A DNA stretch of 64,000 nt from Basidiobolus meristosporus CBS 931.73 (lineage: Eukaryota > Fungi > Basidiobolomycota): positions 1 through 64,000 of the forward strand of contig MCFE01000165.1 of assembly GCA_002104905.1 (NCBI GenBank). Reading direction: 5' to 3'. Of the stretch, positions 25,951-37,776 are shown in pieces. The position numbers were made by a program, and so were the translations under genes. A model generated the notes under the pieces. The model was given only the letters and a program-made list of their open reading frames with translations, was not told the DNA's origin and did no database searches. Each line of letters starts with the position of its first letter. The stretch's first letter is position 1.

Positions 25951-26420
25951 GCCATTGCCATTGCCATTGCCATTACCGTAACCGTAACCGTAACCATAAC
26001 CATATTACATGCATCCCATCACTATAACCAAATTACGTGCATCACCATCACCAAATTCAAAACCGTAACCAAAAGTGTCAACGAGATCCATATAGCGTGC
26101 GCCCATGCTCGTACACATCCTTGTACGCATCCCAATCTCTGAGCTACAAACAACCCAATCTAGACACCGACCAGGCATCCGTACTACTCGTTGCGTCATT
26201 TGTCCGCACCAGGCAGCGGGCCCCTCATTGGTTACCCCCAATCTTGTAGCAGATTTGTTTCCACCACTGGCCCTTCTACGCCCACCATTGATCACTGATC
26301 CACCAATCACTCTCCAACTGGGGCCCGTTTCCATATCCGTATCCATATCCGTATTCATATCCAGATCCACATCCAGATCCAGGTCCAGGTCCACAACCAC
26401 AACCCGCACCCGCACCCACA
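25951..26420 (-). repeat. Hexamer-period low-complexity blocks encoding (Gly-X)n on the minus strand; possible decayed gene
   Basis: GYGYGYGYGNGNGNGNG (25951-26004), FGYGFEFGDGD and GAGAGCGCGPGPGSGCGSGYEYGYGYGYGNG (26324-26420), separated by stops and one frame change. Confidence 0.6.
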
Positions 26421-27063
26421 TCTACATACGCATCCAACCCGTCGGCACCGCACTCCCCCTAGAACCATCCAAGCGACGGGGTCTGCGGACTGCCCAACGC
26501 AGGCTGGCCTAGGTTGCTCCGCTTGGGAATCGAATTGGGTGGTCTGTGTTGTCCCTGGCCAACATCACCAGCCCCGAAAAGGGGGAAATTTGGGGGGTAT
26601 CTCGGTGGAAATCCCGTGGAAACGTTCCCCGTAGGTGGGGCGAGAGGGTTACCAGGATTCAACTCGCTGTTACCCCCGCTCAAATCACTCACATCCAACA
26701 GCTCCCTTGTTGCTCCGGCCCAGGATTCCTGACCAATGGTTGGTGTCGTGGAGGTCCCGGAGATTCCCGGGGACCTCCAACCTACCTGTATGGCCCCAGC
26801 CTTGGAGAATTGCTTTCAAGGCTACACCGCACCCGCATTCCTGTCATCACTAACTTCTCTACAAGCCCCCTGCCCTCCAATAGTGACAACCGATCATATC
26901 TGTTGGATGCAGTGCAGTCTTTGCAACAACATGGAGGCTTGCTTGCTTGGAAATGGTGGAGATACCAGAAGTAACCACAGCATCCCCACCCATGTCAATG
27001 ACCTCAAGCTTTGCACCTCACCACCCAAACATCAGCCATTTCCATGGATCAACTGTGATTCAT

Positions 27064-27113
27064 AGGTTGTCCAAGCCCTTGAACTTTGCACTCATGTTCT
27101 GGGGACCTTCCTG
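27064..27113 (+). repeat. Short relic of the copia-family LTR
   Basis: GTTGTCCAAGCCCTTGAACTTTGCACTCATGTTCTGGGGACCTTCCT resembles the LTR core GTTGTCCAAACAGCCCCAAACTTTGCACACATGTTCTTGGGACCTTC (47131-47177). Confidence 0.5.
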
Positions 27114-27572
27114 AGCATATTCAAAATGTTGCCAGCATTTGGACCACTCTGTTAACACCCAAACTATATGAATATGTGAAGGCCTAATCTTGCCAACTCT
27201 AAGAAGAAATGATCAAGCACAAGCCAACAGAATGCTGTCATAGTATCCGCTGAGCTTGGAGTTTCACTCAGCTTCCAACTCTCACCATCTCAAGTAGTGA
27301 CCTTGTGGCAGACAAGCGGACATGTTCTCCACAAGGAAACCAGGCCAACTGGCATTCATGCCAGATTTGGTGATCAGCCATTCACCACTTCCACCAAAAA
27401 TTGCAGCCAAAAATTTGAAGGAAAAACACCAGCCAGATGCCAACAAAATACCATCAGAATACCAGCATAGCATCAGAAGAACTCTAAGTTTGCAATTTTT
27501 TCACAGGGTGGTTGCTTGATTACAAACCATGGACTCTGGACTGGGCTGACCAGATATCTATTGATGCTCAAA

Positions 27573-29255
27573 CCCTATGAAAAAAACTTGGTCCCATGGG
27601 TGGACCCAATCTGGATCAGCCATCAGGATCCAGCAATGAGGCCATTATAATGCTGGTAACTTGGAATTGTCAACTTTTGTACATCAACATTTAAAACTTA
27701 GCCTATTTTACTCTGTTAGAATATCTGGTACCCCAACTGATTTTCCCTAACCCAAACATAACTAATCCCAGTTATGGCTTATTTTATCACTTCTCAGAAT
27801 CTATTTTTAGCTGTCACACCTGATCATTTTTTGTGTGATCATAACATCCTCAACTGATCTGCTAAGCCTTTCTAAGTGATTAGTCATCTGAGATCTATCC
27901 AACCACTTAGCAGTTGCCAAGACATTGGCTGATTAATGATGCAATTTCTCATTTATCTTATGCATCTATGAACACCCCAACAGATTTCAATTAGTCCAGT
28001 CTCTTGGTGCTTACTAATTCAACTTGATCAGAAAAATATAAATAAAGTTTACTGAACCTTTTGGTTTAGTGTGAGTCTCAACAAAATTATCATTGTGCCT
28101 CAGCAAAATTAAGAATCCTACAATACCATTCTAGTTTCTACCCAAGCCTAGCATATCTAGCACTCCTCAAGAACACCAAGCCTAGCCTGCATAGCAAACC
28201 AACTCTGTTACCCTTATAGCCCAACTCAGCTATATACAAGATCAATATTAGACCAGAACTTCATGGCTAATATTTCTGCCACTCTTAACAATTCCAAGAT
28301 CCTGCACTTAGTTGCCACTTAGGCTCAGTTAACTCTTTCAAGAGTTTATTACACTTTTCTCTTGGATACAACATCAACCCTCTACACAATCTTATGGTAC
28401 AATTGTGACAGTGCTTTGCTAGTTTTACTGCCAAACAAAGTTAAAAACCTGATGGTACTGAAATGGCCTTTTGGTGAGAATTGCATGGCCTTTTGATGGT
28501 TACATATGGAAATCATTGATTGAACTTTTTGGTTGTTGATACTATACTTATAAAGTTTCAAGTAGTCTTGAAAGTATTTGTTTTAGTTCTAAGGCCCCAT
28601 ATCAAGTTCTAAACCAACTTTCATGTGTAAATATTTATAAACTTTGGGATTTTATTTTGAAAAAACCTTCTTTACTAATTTTATATTTACAAACAAATTT
28701 AAAAATTCTTAAAGCGTAGATATAACTTTTTAAACCCAAATCACCCTAAAAACTAACTTAATGGGCAGTAATTTTGGACAAATGTTGGTATTGTCTTTTT
28801 CAACCTTCCCTTGCACCAGTCATATATTCCACCATAGAATCACCCCCCTGTATTTTCCTACCCACTGATACAATGGGTATTCTGCATATAGTTTGAATCA
28901 GGAAAAAACCATGGCCTCTTGCTTACTAACCTCAGCATATGCACACACTCACTGCAACTGATACACTACTATCACCTTGAGCTTATGGCTTTTCAGTGTG
29001 ATACCTGCTAAGTTGCCATATACCTTGTATTGCTGGTGATGTACACATCTTGCATACATATGCTTGGTTGCCACCACTTTTGCCACAAATACCTTGTGAA
29101 TATGCACAAAGAGCTTTTAGTACTTAACCAGTACACCCCTTCTTCTTGCTGGACTCTAGTGCCCCTGGTGGGTGCACTTTGGGTCTTGTCTGTGTGAGTT
29201 CCACACTGAATGGTGTAGAAATTGGCTTCAAACTGGGAGAAACCCAACATACTTT
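27573..29255 (-). mobile_element. CACTA-like DNA transposon, 3'-end fragment (copy 0)
   Basis: Terminus CCCTATGAAAAAAACTTGGTCCCATGGGTGG matches 37777. Positions 28390-29250 are homologous to 37880-38610; ~700 bp of extra sequence at 27680-28390. Confidence 0.6.
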
Positions 29256-29356
29256 GCCCCATTAGTAATTATTGTGAAGATCCTGTCCAAAGGCCATCGA
29301 CAGTTTCCAAGTCCCATGACTAAGAGGTGTTGATCCCTTCAGAACACTGTGCAAAG

Positions 29357-32300
29357 TGTTGTAAGAGTCTTGGAGATATTGGAAGTGATTGGGAGAACAA
29401 GTAGATTATGTGGTTTTCACTTAATGATTTATTGAATGTAAAAGTAGTATTTATACTTTTACCTGGTCTTGGCATTACAAGCACATAGAATAGGCTAAGG
29501 AAGGTCCCAAGAACATGTGTGCAAAGTTTGGGGCTGTTTGGACAACTTATCTAATTTTCATGTCCTGGGTAAATATTCTAAGTAAATCCCGACAAGGAAT
29601 TTGGTCAGTATTCTCTAGGATTTGAAGGTAATGATCTAAGTGACTAAGTTATGTGAATATTTAGATGGAAATACAAATTTTTACAACACTCCCACTCAGC
29701 TAAATGTTCATACTGACTAGTCCTAATTTTGACCTAAGATATTCAAACTTGTCTCTAGCTAATGGTTTGGTAAATATGTCTGCAATCATTTCATCTGTAG
29801 GACAGTAAACTAAGCTAACTAAGTTATTCTCTATAGCTTCACGTATGAAATGATGTCTAATATCTATGTGCTTGGTTCTAGCATGAAAAGTTGGATTTCT
29901 ACCTAATTGTATACATCCTTGATTATCTTGAAATAAAGTAATAGGCATTTTTTGACATAGGCCTAAATCTGTAAACAGCTTTCTTAACCACATTGCTTCT
30001 TTTGTAACTTCACAGGCTGCCATATACTCTGCCTCTGTGGTGGAAAGTGCTACGGTTGGTTGCTTTCTTGAATTCCATGATATTGCTCCTTTACAGTAAA
30101 GAAAGGTGTATCCTGTGGTGGATCTTCTGTCTTCTAAATTTTGTCCCCAATCTGCATCAGAGTATCCCACAGGATCTTGTTCTGAGTCCTTATAAGTGTA
30201 TCTTAAGCAGATATCAGCAGTTCCTTTTAGGTATCTAAAAATCCGCTTAACTGCTGCAATATGATCAGATCCATAGTTCTGATTATGTTGGCTGACAACT
30301 CCCACTGAATATGAGATATCTGGACGTGTTCCAAGCATGATATACTTCAGACTGCCAACCATAGATTGATAAGGAAAGTCAGGGCTTTCAGATGGCACCA
30401 AGCTCTCTTGATTTGGTTGAGTTTTGACCAAGTTAAGGTTTGTCTCCATTAGGGTAGCTGCCGGTTTACAGTCTTCCATTTTGTACTTCTTTAGTATATT
30501 TTGAATATACCTGGATTGGCTTAGGGTAATAGTCTGGGTGCTTCTGTCTATGGAGAACTTAATCCCTAAGTAGTAACTAAGTTCTCCTAAATCAGACATC
30601 TTGAACTCCTTAGATAGGCTGGATTTAGTCTCTTCCAATGTTTTAGGTTATTGGTGGCTATAATAAGATCATCCACATATAGAGCTAATAGAACTGGATT
30701 TGCTCTATCTGGCTTATAGTATATACTATAGTCAGCATTACTTCTTTTGAAACTCAAGGATTCCAAATAAGAATCTATCTTGCAATTCCAGGCTCTTGGT
30801 GATTGTTTGAGACCATATAGTGACTTTTTAAGCTTGCAGACCAAATGGGGGTTATCTTGGTCAACAAACCCATCAGGCTGGTCCATATACACATCCTCAT
30901 CAAGTTCTCCATTCAAAAATGCAGTTTTTACATCCATTTGATGAATAAAAAACTTATATTTGGCTGCAATAGCCAATATTAATCTGATGGAATTAAAATT
31001 GGCTACCAGTGCAAAGGTCTCAGTATAGTCAAGTCCTTTTGTTTGAGAGTATCCTTTGGCTACAAGTCTTGCTTTGTATCTTTCAATTGTACCATCTGTT
31101 GCAATATTCTGAGGAGTATTGGAAGTGATGTGGAGAACTAGAAGATTTACATGTTATTCACTTGTGGATTTATTGATCAAAAGTATGGTATTTATACTTT
31201 TGATAAAGTAGAGGAAACAAACGTGTAGAGTTTGTTAAGGAAGGTCCCAAGAATATGTGTGCAAAGTTTGGGTCTTTTGGACAACTTTGAAAAAAATAAT
31301 AATCTGGGTACCTGACAATTTGGTGAAAATATTCTAAGTAAATCCCGACAAGAAATCTAGTCAGGACAGAATGCTAATCACAGAATAAGATCTATGTGAC
31401 TAAGTTAGCATGAATATTTAGGTGACAATTCAATGATTACAACACCATCAGCCTTGTATTTTGTCTTGAAGACCCATCTGCATCCAATTAATTTTTGGTT
31501 GATTGGTAATTTGACTAAGTCCCAAGTTTGATTTTCCATCAGTGCCTGATATTCCTCAGTCATTGCAGATCTCCAAAACCTTGTCTGAGGGCTATTTAGG
31601 GCCTCTTTTACAGTCTGGGGTTCTTCAATATGGACTGAATAGGCATAGGCTAAGTTTGTACCCTCATTGATATAGTAATTTGGGCTATTTCTTGTTTGAT
31701 TTGATCTCCGGGCATTTGATACTGGAATGATCACTTCTGGGGTATTCCTGGGCACTGATTCTGGCTGAACCATGGTTGTAGAGTCCTCTGGAGTGAAAAA
31801 ATTTTTATTGTTTTGCTCTGATTCAATCCTGACAATTGGTGGACTTGAGATCAAATTTTCGTCATTATCTGATGTCATTTTTTGTGAAAATTTTGAATTT
31901 TCATCAAACAACACATCCCTAGACTTGATAAGCTTCTTTGCTTTGGTATTGTAGAGTCTGTATGCCTTACTCTCATTGCAGTAGCCTAAAAATATGCATT
32001 TTACACTTTTTGACTCAAATTTTGACTGATTTCCGGCCAGTTTTTTGGCATATGCTGTACACCCAAATATTCTTAGATGTTCTGCACTTGGTCTGTATCC
32101 ATACCATGCTTCAAATGGAGTAGAATCACAAAGTATTCTGTTACAACTCCTATGTTTAAGGTATACAGCATTGGCAACTGATTCTGCCCAAAAATCATAG
32201 GATATTTTTTGATCATGGATCATAGATCTTGCCATATCAATTATTGATCTGTTAGCTTGTTCTGCTACTCCATTTTGCTGTGGGGAGTATGGTACAGTAG

Positions 32301-34376
32301 TCTCTTGCTTTATCCCATGAATTTTGCAGAAGTGGATGAAGAGTTTTGAGGTATATTCTCCACCATTGTCAGAGCGTATTTTCTTGATTTTTTCACCAGT
32401 TTCTCTCTCCACCATGGCTTTAAACTCCCTGAGCTTAGACAGAGCTTCTTCCTTTCTCTCCATGAAGTAGACCCATGTGTATCTTGTATAATCATCAATA
32501 AAAGTGATTAAGTACTTCATCCCGCCTAAGGATAAATATTGCATAGGTCCACACAGATCTGAGTCAATTAGATCTAATTTTTTCTTAGTTTTGATTAACC
32601 CAGAGCTCTTGAACGGTTATCTGGCTTGTTTCTCATATATGCAGGCTTCACAGTGCTCCAAATTAGCTGGGGGAGCAATTTTCACTCCAGAAATTAGCTG
32701 ATCTTTGATCATTTTACGCAAATAATCAAGATTGATGTGTCCAAATCTCCTGTGCCAAAGCATTGGTGTTTCTTCATTTAAGTTACTTATATTGGCTTCC
32801 AAATATGATGGAATATAAGTCAACTTGTATAGATTTTGAACTCTGATGCCCAAAGCAATATGGGCACCATTTTGATTAGTGATCCTGCATCCAGAATTGT
32901 CAAATCTGAAACTGAGTCCTTCTGCTGTGGCCTTGCTTACAGAGAGTAGATTCTTGGCTATTTCTGGTACATAGAGTACTTCTTTAAAGGTCAGTGTATG
33001 GCTTCCTTTGCTGCTTCTAAGGTTTACTTGGATAGTTCCTTCTCCCACTGCATCAAGTGTTCTACTGTCACCCATGAAAACCTTCTTAATTGGAATTTCT
33101 TGATATTGGGTAAAAAGTTCTTTTTGGTGTGTAAAGTGTTGAGAAGCTCCAGAGTCAATATACCACGTCTGAGAATCCTTGTTTGTGGTCATATTTAGTG
33201 CAGATATGAATAGTCTATCTTCAGCTGTTGCAGCATTTCCATATTCAGGCTTCTTTTGCTGATAATCTCTCTTTTTGAGACACCTGTCTGATGTGTGTCC
33301 TTTCCTTTTGCAGTAGTTGCAAAATAGGTTGCTGTTGCCTTTGTAGGGTCTTGGGTACCTCCTTTGTTGGTTATCATTGCTTATTAAAGCATTTTCTTCT
33401 TCCTTCTTATTGGTGCTTGATTTTCTTAATTCTTCATCCAGGAGCCTTCCATATATGTAATTTAAGGTCAAATCTTCAGTTCTGGACTCTAGGGCTGATA
33501 CAAGGCCCTGAAACTCCTCTGTCAGGCTATTCAGGATGGTAACTATCACATCCTCATCAGTAGTTGGTACGCCCACAGATTCCATCTCATCTACCAGCAG
33601 GGTAATTCTGTTAATTAGATTTTTCATTTCTTCTCCTGGCAGCATCTTTGTAGTAAAGAATTTTCATCTCAGATACATTTTCTTGGCAGCTGAACATGAC
33701 TGGTAGGTGTCTTCTAATGCCTTCCAGGCATTCTTTGCCATTTTTGCTCTTGAGCATTGAATTAGCAATTTGTCCTTAACATTAAGGCAATAGCAGTTAA
33801 AGGCACTTTGTTCTTTCTTCTGGTACTTTGAGGCTTCCTCTCCCACGTTTTTAGGAGGGCATTCTTCTCCCATGACAATATCCCAAAGGCCTCTTTCTTG
33901 TAGCAGCATCTTCATCTTCACCTTCCACACTTGGTAGTTAGATCCATCCAACTTTTCAGCAGAGGGAAAAATTCCAGTAATAGCAGTAGTAGACATTGCA
34001 GAGAGTGACAGCTTGGGGCTTATAACCTGTTGTAAGAATCTTGGAGATATTGGAAGTGATTTGGAGAACAAGTAGATTATGTGGTTTTTCACTTAATGAT
34101 TTATTGAATGTAAAAGTAGTATTATACTTTTACATGGTCTTGGCATTACAAACACGTAGAATAGGTTAGGAAAGGTCCCAAGAACATGTGTGCAAAGTTT
34201 GGGGCTGTTTGGACAACTTTGAGAATTTTCATGTTCTGGGTACCTGGTATTTTGGTGAAAATATTCTAAGTAAACCCCAACAAGGAATTTGGTCAGTATT
34301 CTCTAGGATTTGAAGGTGATGATCTAAGTGACTAAGTTAGGTGAATATTTAGGTGGAAATACGAATTTTTACAACA
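29357..34376 (-). mobile_element. Ty1/copia LTR retrotransposon copy 1 (defective, chimeric LTRs)
   Basis: LTRs 29357-29688 and 34028-34376 (TGTTGTAA...TTACAACA), PBS 34015-34027, PPT at 29689. Gag (DUF4219/UBN2, CCHC knuckle), protease (WYIDSGAS), GAG-pre-integrase, rve, RVT_2 and RNase H (YSDADW, KHIDIRHHF) in copia order; stops and a frameshift; no matching TSD. Confidence 0.95.
31097..31444 (-). mobile_element. Solo LTR of a related copia subfamily inserted in the RT gene of copy 1
   Basis: TGTTGCAA...TTACAACA, 348 bp, perfect CCATC TSD (31092-31096 / 31445-31449). The homologous site in copy 4 (~57207-57211) has a single CCATC. Confidence 0.93.
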
Positions 34377-34514
34377 GAAACTGGCTTCAAACTGGGGGAA
34401 ACCCAACATACTTTGCCCTATGAGTAATTATTGTGAAGACCCTCTCCAATGGCCATCACAGTTTCCAAGTCCCATGACTAAGAGGTGTTGATCCCTTCAG
34501 GACACTGTGCAAAG
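34377..34514. repeat. 138/139-bp direct repeat of 29218-29356 bracketing copia copy 1
   Basis: Manual alignment: 8 substitutions + 1 indel. Confidence 0.9.
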
Positions 34515-34544
34515 ACTGTCAAAAAATAATTGCACCCCAGATTT

Positions 34545-36788
34545 TGTTGTGAAAAACTGTAATGCACCTAAATATTCACCTAACTTAGTCATTAAGATCA
34601 TTACCTTCAAATCCTAGAAAATACTGACCAAATTCCTTGTTGGGATTTACTTGGAATATTTTTACCAATATACCAGGTACTCAGAGCATGAGAATTCTCA
34701 AAGTTGTCCAAGCAGCCCCAAACTTTGCACATATGTTCTTGAGACCTTCTTTGCCATATTGTATGTGTTTGTTTTGCCAAGACCATGTAAAAGTATTAAT
34801 ATTACTTTTACATTCAATAAATCATTAAGTGAAAACCACATAATCTACCTGTCCTCCCAGTCAATTCCAATATCTCCAAGACTCTTTCAACAGGTTATGA
34901 GCCCCAAGCTGCCACTCTCTGCAATGTCTACTACTGCTACTACTGGAATTTTTCCCTCTGCTGAAAAGTTGGATAGATCTAATTACCAAGTGTGGAGGGT
35001 GAAGATAAAGATGCTGCTACAAGAAAGAGACCTTTTGGGATATTGTCATGGAAGAAGAATGTCCTCCCAAAAATGTGGGAGAGGAAGCCTTAAAGTACCA
35101 GAAGAAACAACAAAGTGCCTTTAACTGCATTTGCCTTAATGTTAAGCACAAATTGCTAATTTAATGCTCAAGAGCAAAAACAGCAAAGAATGCTGGGAAG
35201 GCATTAGAAGACACCTACCAGTCATGTTTAGCTGCTGAGAAAATGTATCTGAGACAAAAATTCCTTACTACATAGATGCATTCCAGGAGAAGAAATGAAA
35301 AATCTAATTAACAGAATTACCCTGCTGGTAGATAAGATGGAATCTGTGGGCATACCAGCTACTGATAAGGATGTGATAGTAACCATCCTGAATAGGCTGA
35401 CAGATGAGCTTCAGGGCCTTGTATAAGCCCTAGAGTCCAGAACTGAATATTTGACCTTAAAATACCTATATGGAAGGCTCCTGGATGACGAGTTGAGTAA
35501 TCAAGTGCCAATAAGAAGGAAGAAGAAAATGCATTAATAAGCACTGATAGCCAGCAAAGAAGGTACCTAAGACCTTACAAAGGCAATAGCAGCCTGTTTG
35601 CAACTACTGTAAAGGAAAGGACACACATCAGACCAGTGTCTAAAAAAGAGAGATAATCAGTAAAAGAAGCCTGAATATGGAAATACTGCAACAGCTGAAG
35701 ATAGACTAATCATATCTGTACTAAATATGACCACAAACAAGGATTCTCAGATGCGGTACATTGACTCTGGAGCATCTCAACACTTTACACACCAAAAAGA
35801 ATTTTTTACCCAATACCAAGAAATTCCAGTCAAGAAGGTTTTCATGGGTGCCAATAGAACACTTGATGCAGTGGGAGAAGGGACTATCCAAGTAAACCTT
35901 AGAAGTGGTAAAGGAAGCCATACACTGGCCTTGAAAGAAGTACTCTATGTACCAGAAGTAGCCAAGAACCTACTATCTGTAAGCAAGGTGACTGCAAAAG
36001 GACTTATTTTCCACTTTGACAATTCTGGATGCAAGATCACTGATCAAAATGGTGCCTGTATTGCATTGGGTATCAGAGATCAGAATCTATACAGGTTAAA
36101 TTATATTCCATCATATTTGGAAGCCAATATAAGTAACTCAAATGAAGAAACACTAATGCTTTGGCACAGGAGATTTGGGCACATCAATTTTGATTATTTG
36201 CGCAACATGATCAAAGATCAGCTATTTTTCAGAGTAAAATTGATCCCACAGCTAATGTGGAGCACTGTAAAGCCTGCATATATGGGAAACAAGCCATACA
36301 ACTGTTCAAGAGCTCTGGGTTGATGAAAACTAAGAAAAAATTAGATCTGATTCACTTGGATATGTGTGGACCTATGCAAGATTTATCCTCAGGTGGGATG
36401 AAGTATTTAATCACTTGTATTGATGATTATACAAGATACACAAGGGCCCACTTCAAGGAGAGAAAGGAAGAAGCTCTGTCTAAGTTCAGGGAGTTTAAAG
36501 CCATGGTGGAGAGAGAAACTGGTGAAAAAATCAAGAAAATAAGCTCTGACAATGGTGGAGAATATACCTAAAAACTCTTCATCCACTTCTGCAAAATTCA
36601 TGGGATAAGGCAAGAGACTAAGGTGCCATACTTCCCAGAGCAAAATGGAGTAGCAGAACATGCAAACAGATCAATAATTGATATGGCAAGATCTATGATC
36701 TATGATCAAAATTTATCCTATGATTTTTGGAAGGAATCAGTTGCCACAGCTGTATACCTTAAAAATTGGAGTTATAACAGAATACTTG
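34545..36788 (+). mobile_element. Ty1/copia copy 2, 3'-truncated (5' LTR, PBS, gag, protease, part of integrase)
   Basis: LTR 34545-34892, PBS GGTTATGAGCCCC 34893-34905. Homology stops in the integrase near 36788 and the flanking repeat Y resumes. Confidence 0.92.
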
Positions 36789-36789
36789 T

Positions 36790-37349
36790 CAAAATTTCTC
36801 TTCATAACAGTACAAAAGTGGCTTTTGATTGGTTCTCTGCAAATTTTCTCACTATCTTAACCTCAACACTCTGTCACCTCCTACATTTGTGTGTATTGAT
36901 TGCCCATATCCTCTTACTCACACTCCTTACTTCCTGACTCAATTGTTTCTCTTACTTTCATGCACACAAATTGATTTATATCTTTTGAAACTTCTGTTGT
37001 ACCTCAATTGCCAATTGTATTGACTTATACAAGTTCCTGTACCCAAAATTAACATTAAGCCCAGCCCCACACTCAACAAGTAACTCCATTAAAATCTACC
37101 ACTCAATATGTATTTCTGCTGTAATGCTCTGTTCCCATGACCTTGGCAGGAACCCTATGGCTTTATGCCACTGTTCATTCACTAGTTCCCATGTGTCCTG
37201 GTCTTCAGCCAGCACTGCAAGGTCTAGCACTTCATCTGCATGCCTTTGCAATAAATCCTTGCAAAATTCCAGTGTGTCTTCTTGAGCACTGATCTTGAAG
37301 GAGTGCTGCAACCTCTTGGTGTGCCAATTAGTATTCCAAAACTCCACTG
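36790..37349. repeat. Unclassified dispersed repeat 'Y' (degenerate coding-like)
   Basis: Homologous to 62730-63310; continues the flank interrupted at 34544. Confidence 0.7.
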
Positions 37350-37736
37350 TGTGAGTACTCAATGTAGTACCCACTCTTTGCCCAAGAGTTCTCCCAAGAG
37401 TTCCCTCCAGAGTCCTACCCGAAGTCCTCCAGTACCCTCCCTATGATTCCCCCACGCGTCCTCCCTTCCTATCCCTGCCCTTATCTAGTTAGAACACTTA
37501 CCATAACAGGAAGGTGTTCACACCCCTATTTTATAACACATTGTCTATTGTCTAAGCCCCCCCAAGTGATATATATATCTACCCAATTGAACCAGGAAGA
37601 ACAACGAGATTGGGACAAAATAAACAGAAGTCTTTATTGCCTTGCTACCTTCTATCGGAAGCTATTCTGAACCAAGTGGTACTGACTTGACCTACAAGCT
37701 CTCCCACTCATCAAGTACAGTCAGTAATAACCCACA
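37350..37736 (+). mobile_element. Solo LTR of a Ty3/gypsy family
   Basis: TG...CA, 387 bp, perfect CACTG TSD (37345-37349 / 37737-37741). Homologous to the LTR at 47455-47830; an uninterrupted homologous site is seen near 63860-63900. Confidence 0.9.
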
Positions 37737-37776
37737 CACTGAAGGTGTTGTGATAACCTTTTGAGTTCTTGACATT

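Noticed and set aside
29700-34000. Programmed frameshift or readthrough between copia ORF fragments
   Set aside because: Breaks fall at different positions in different copies, so they are post-insertion mutations of a single gag-pol ORF.
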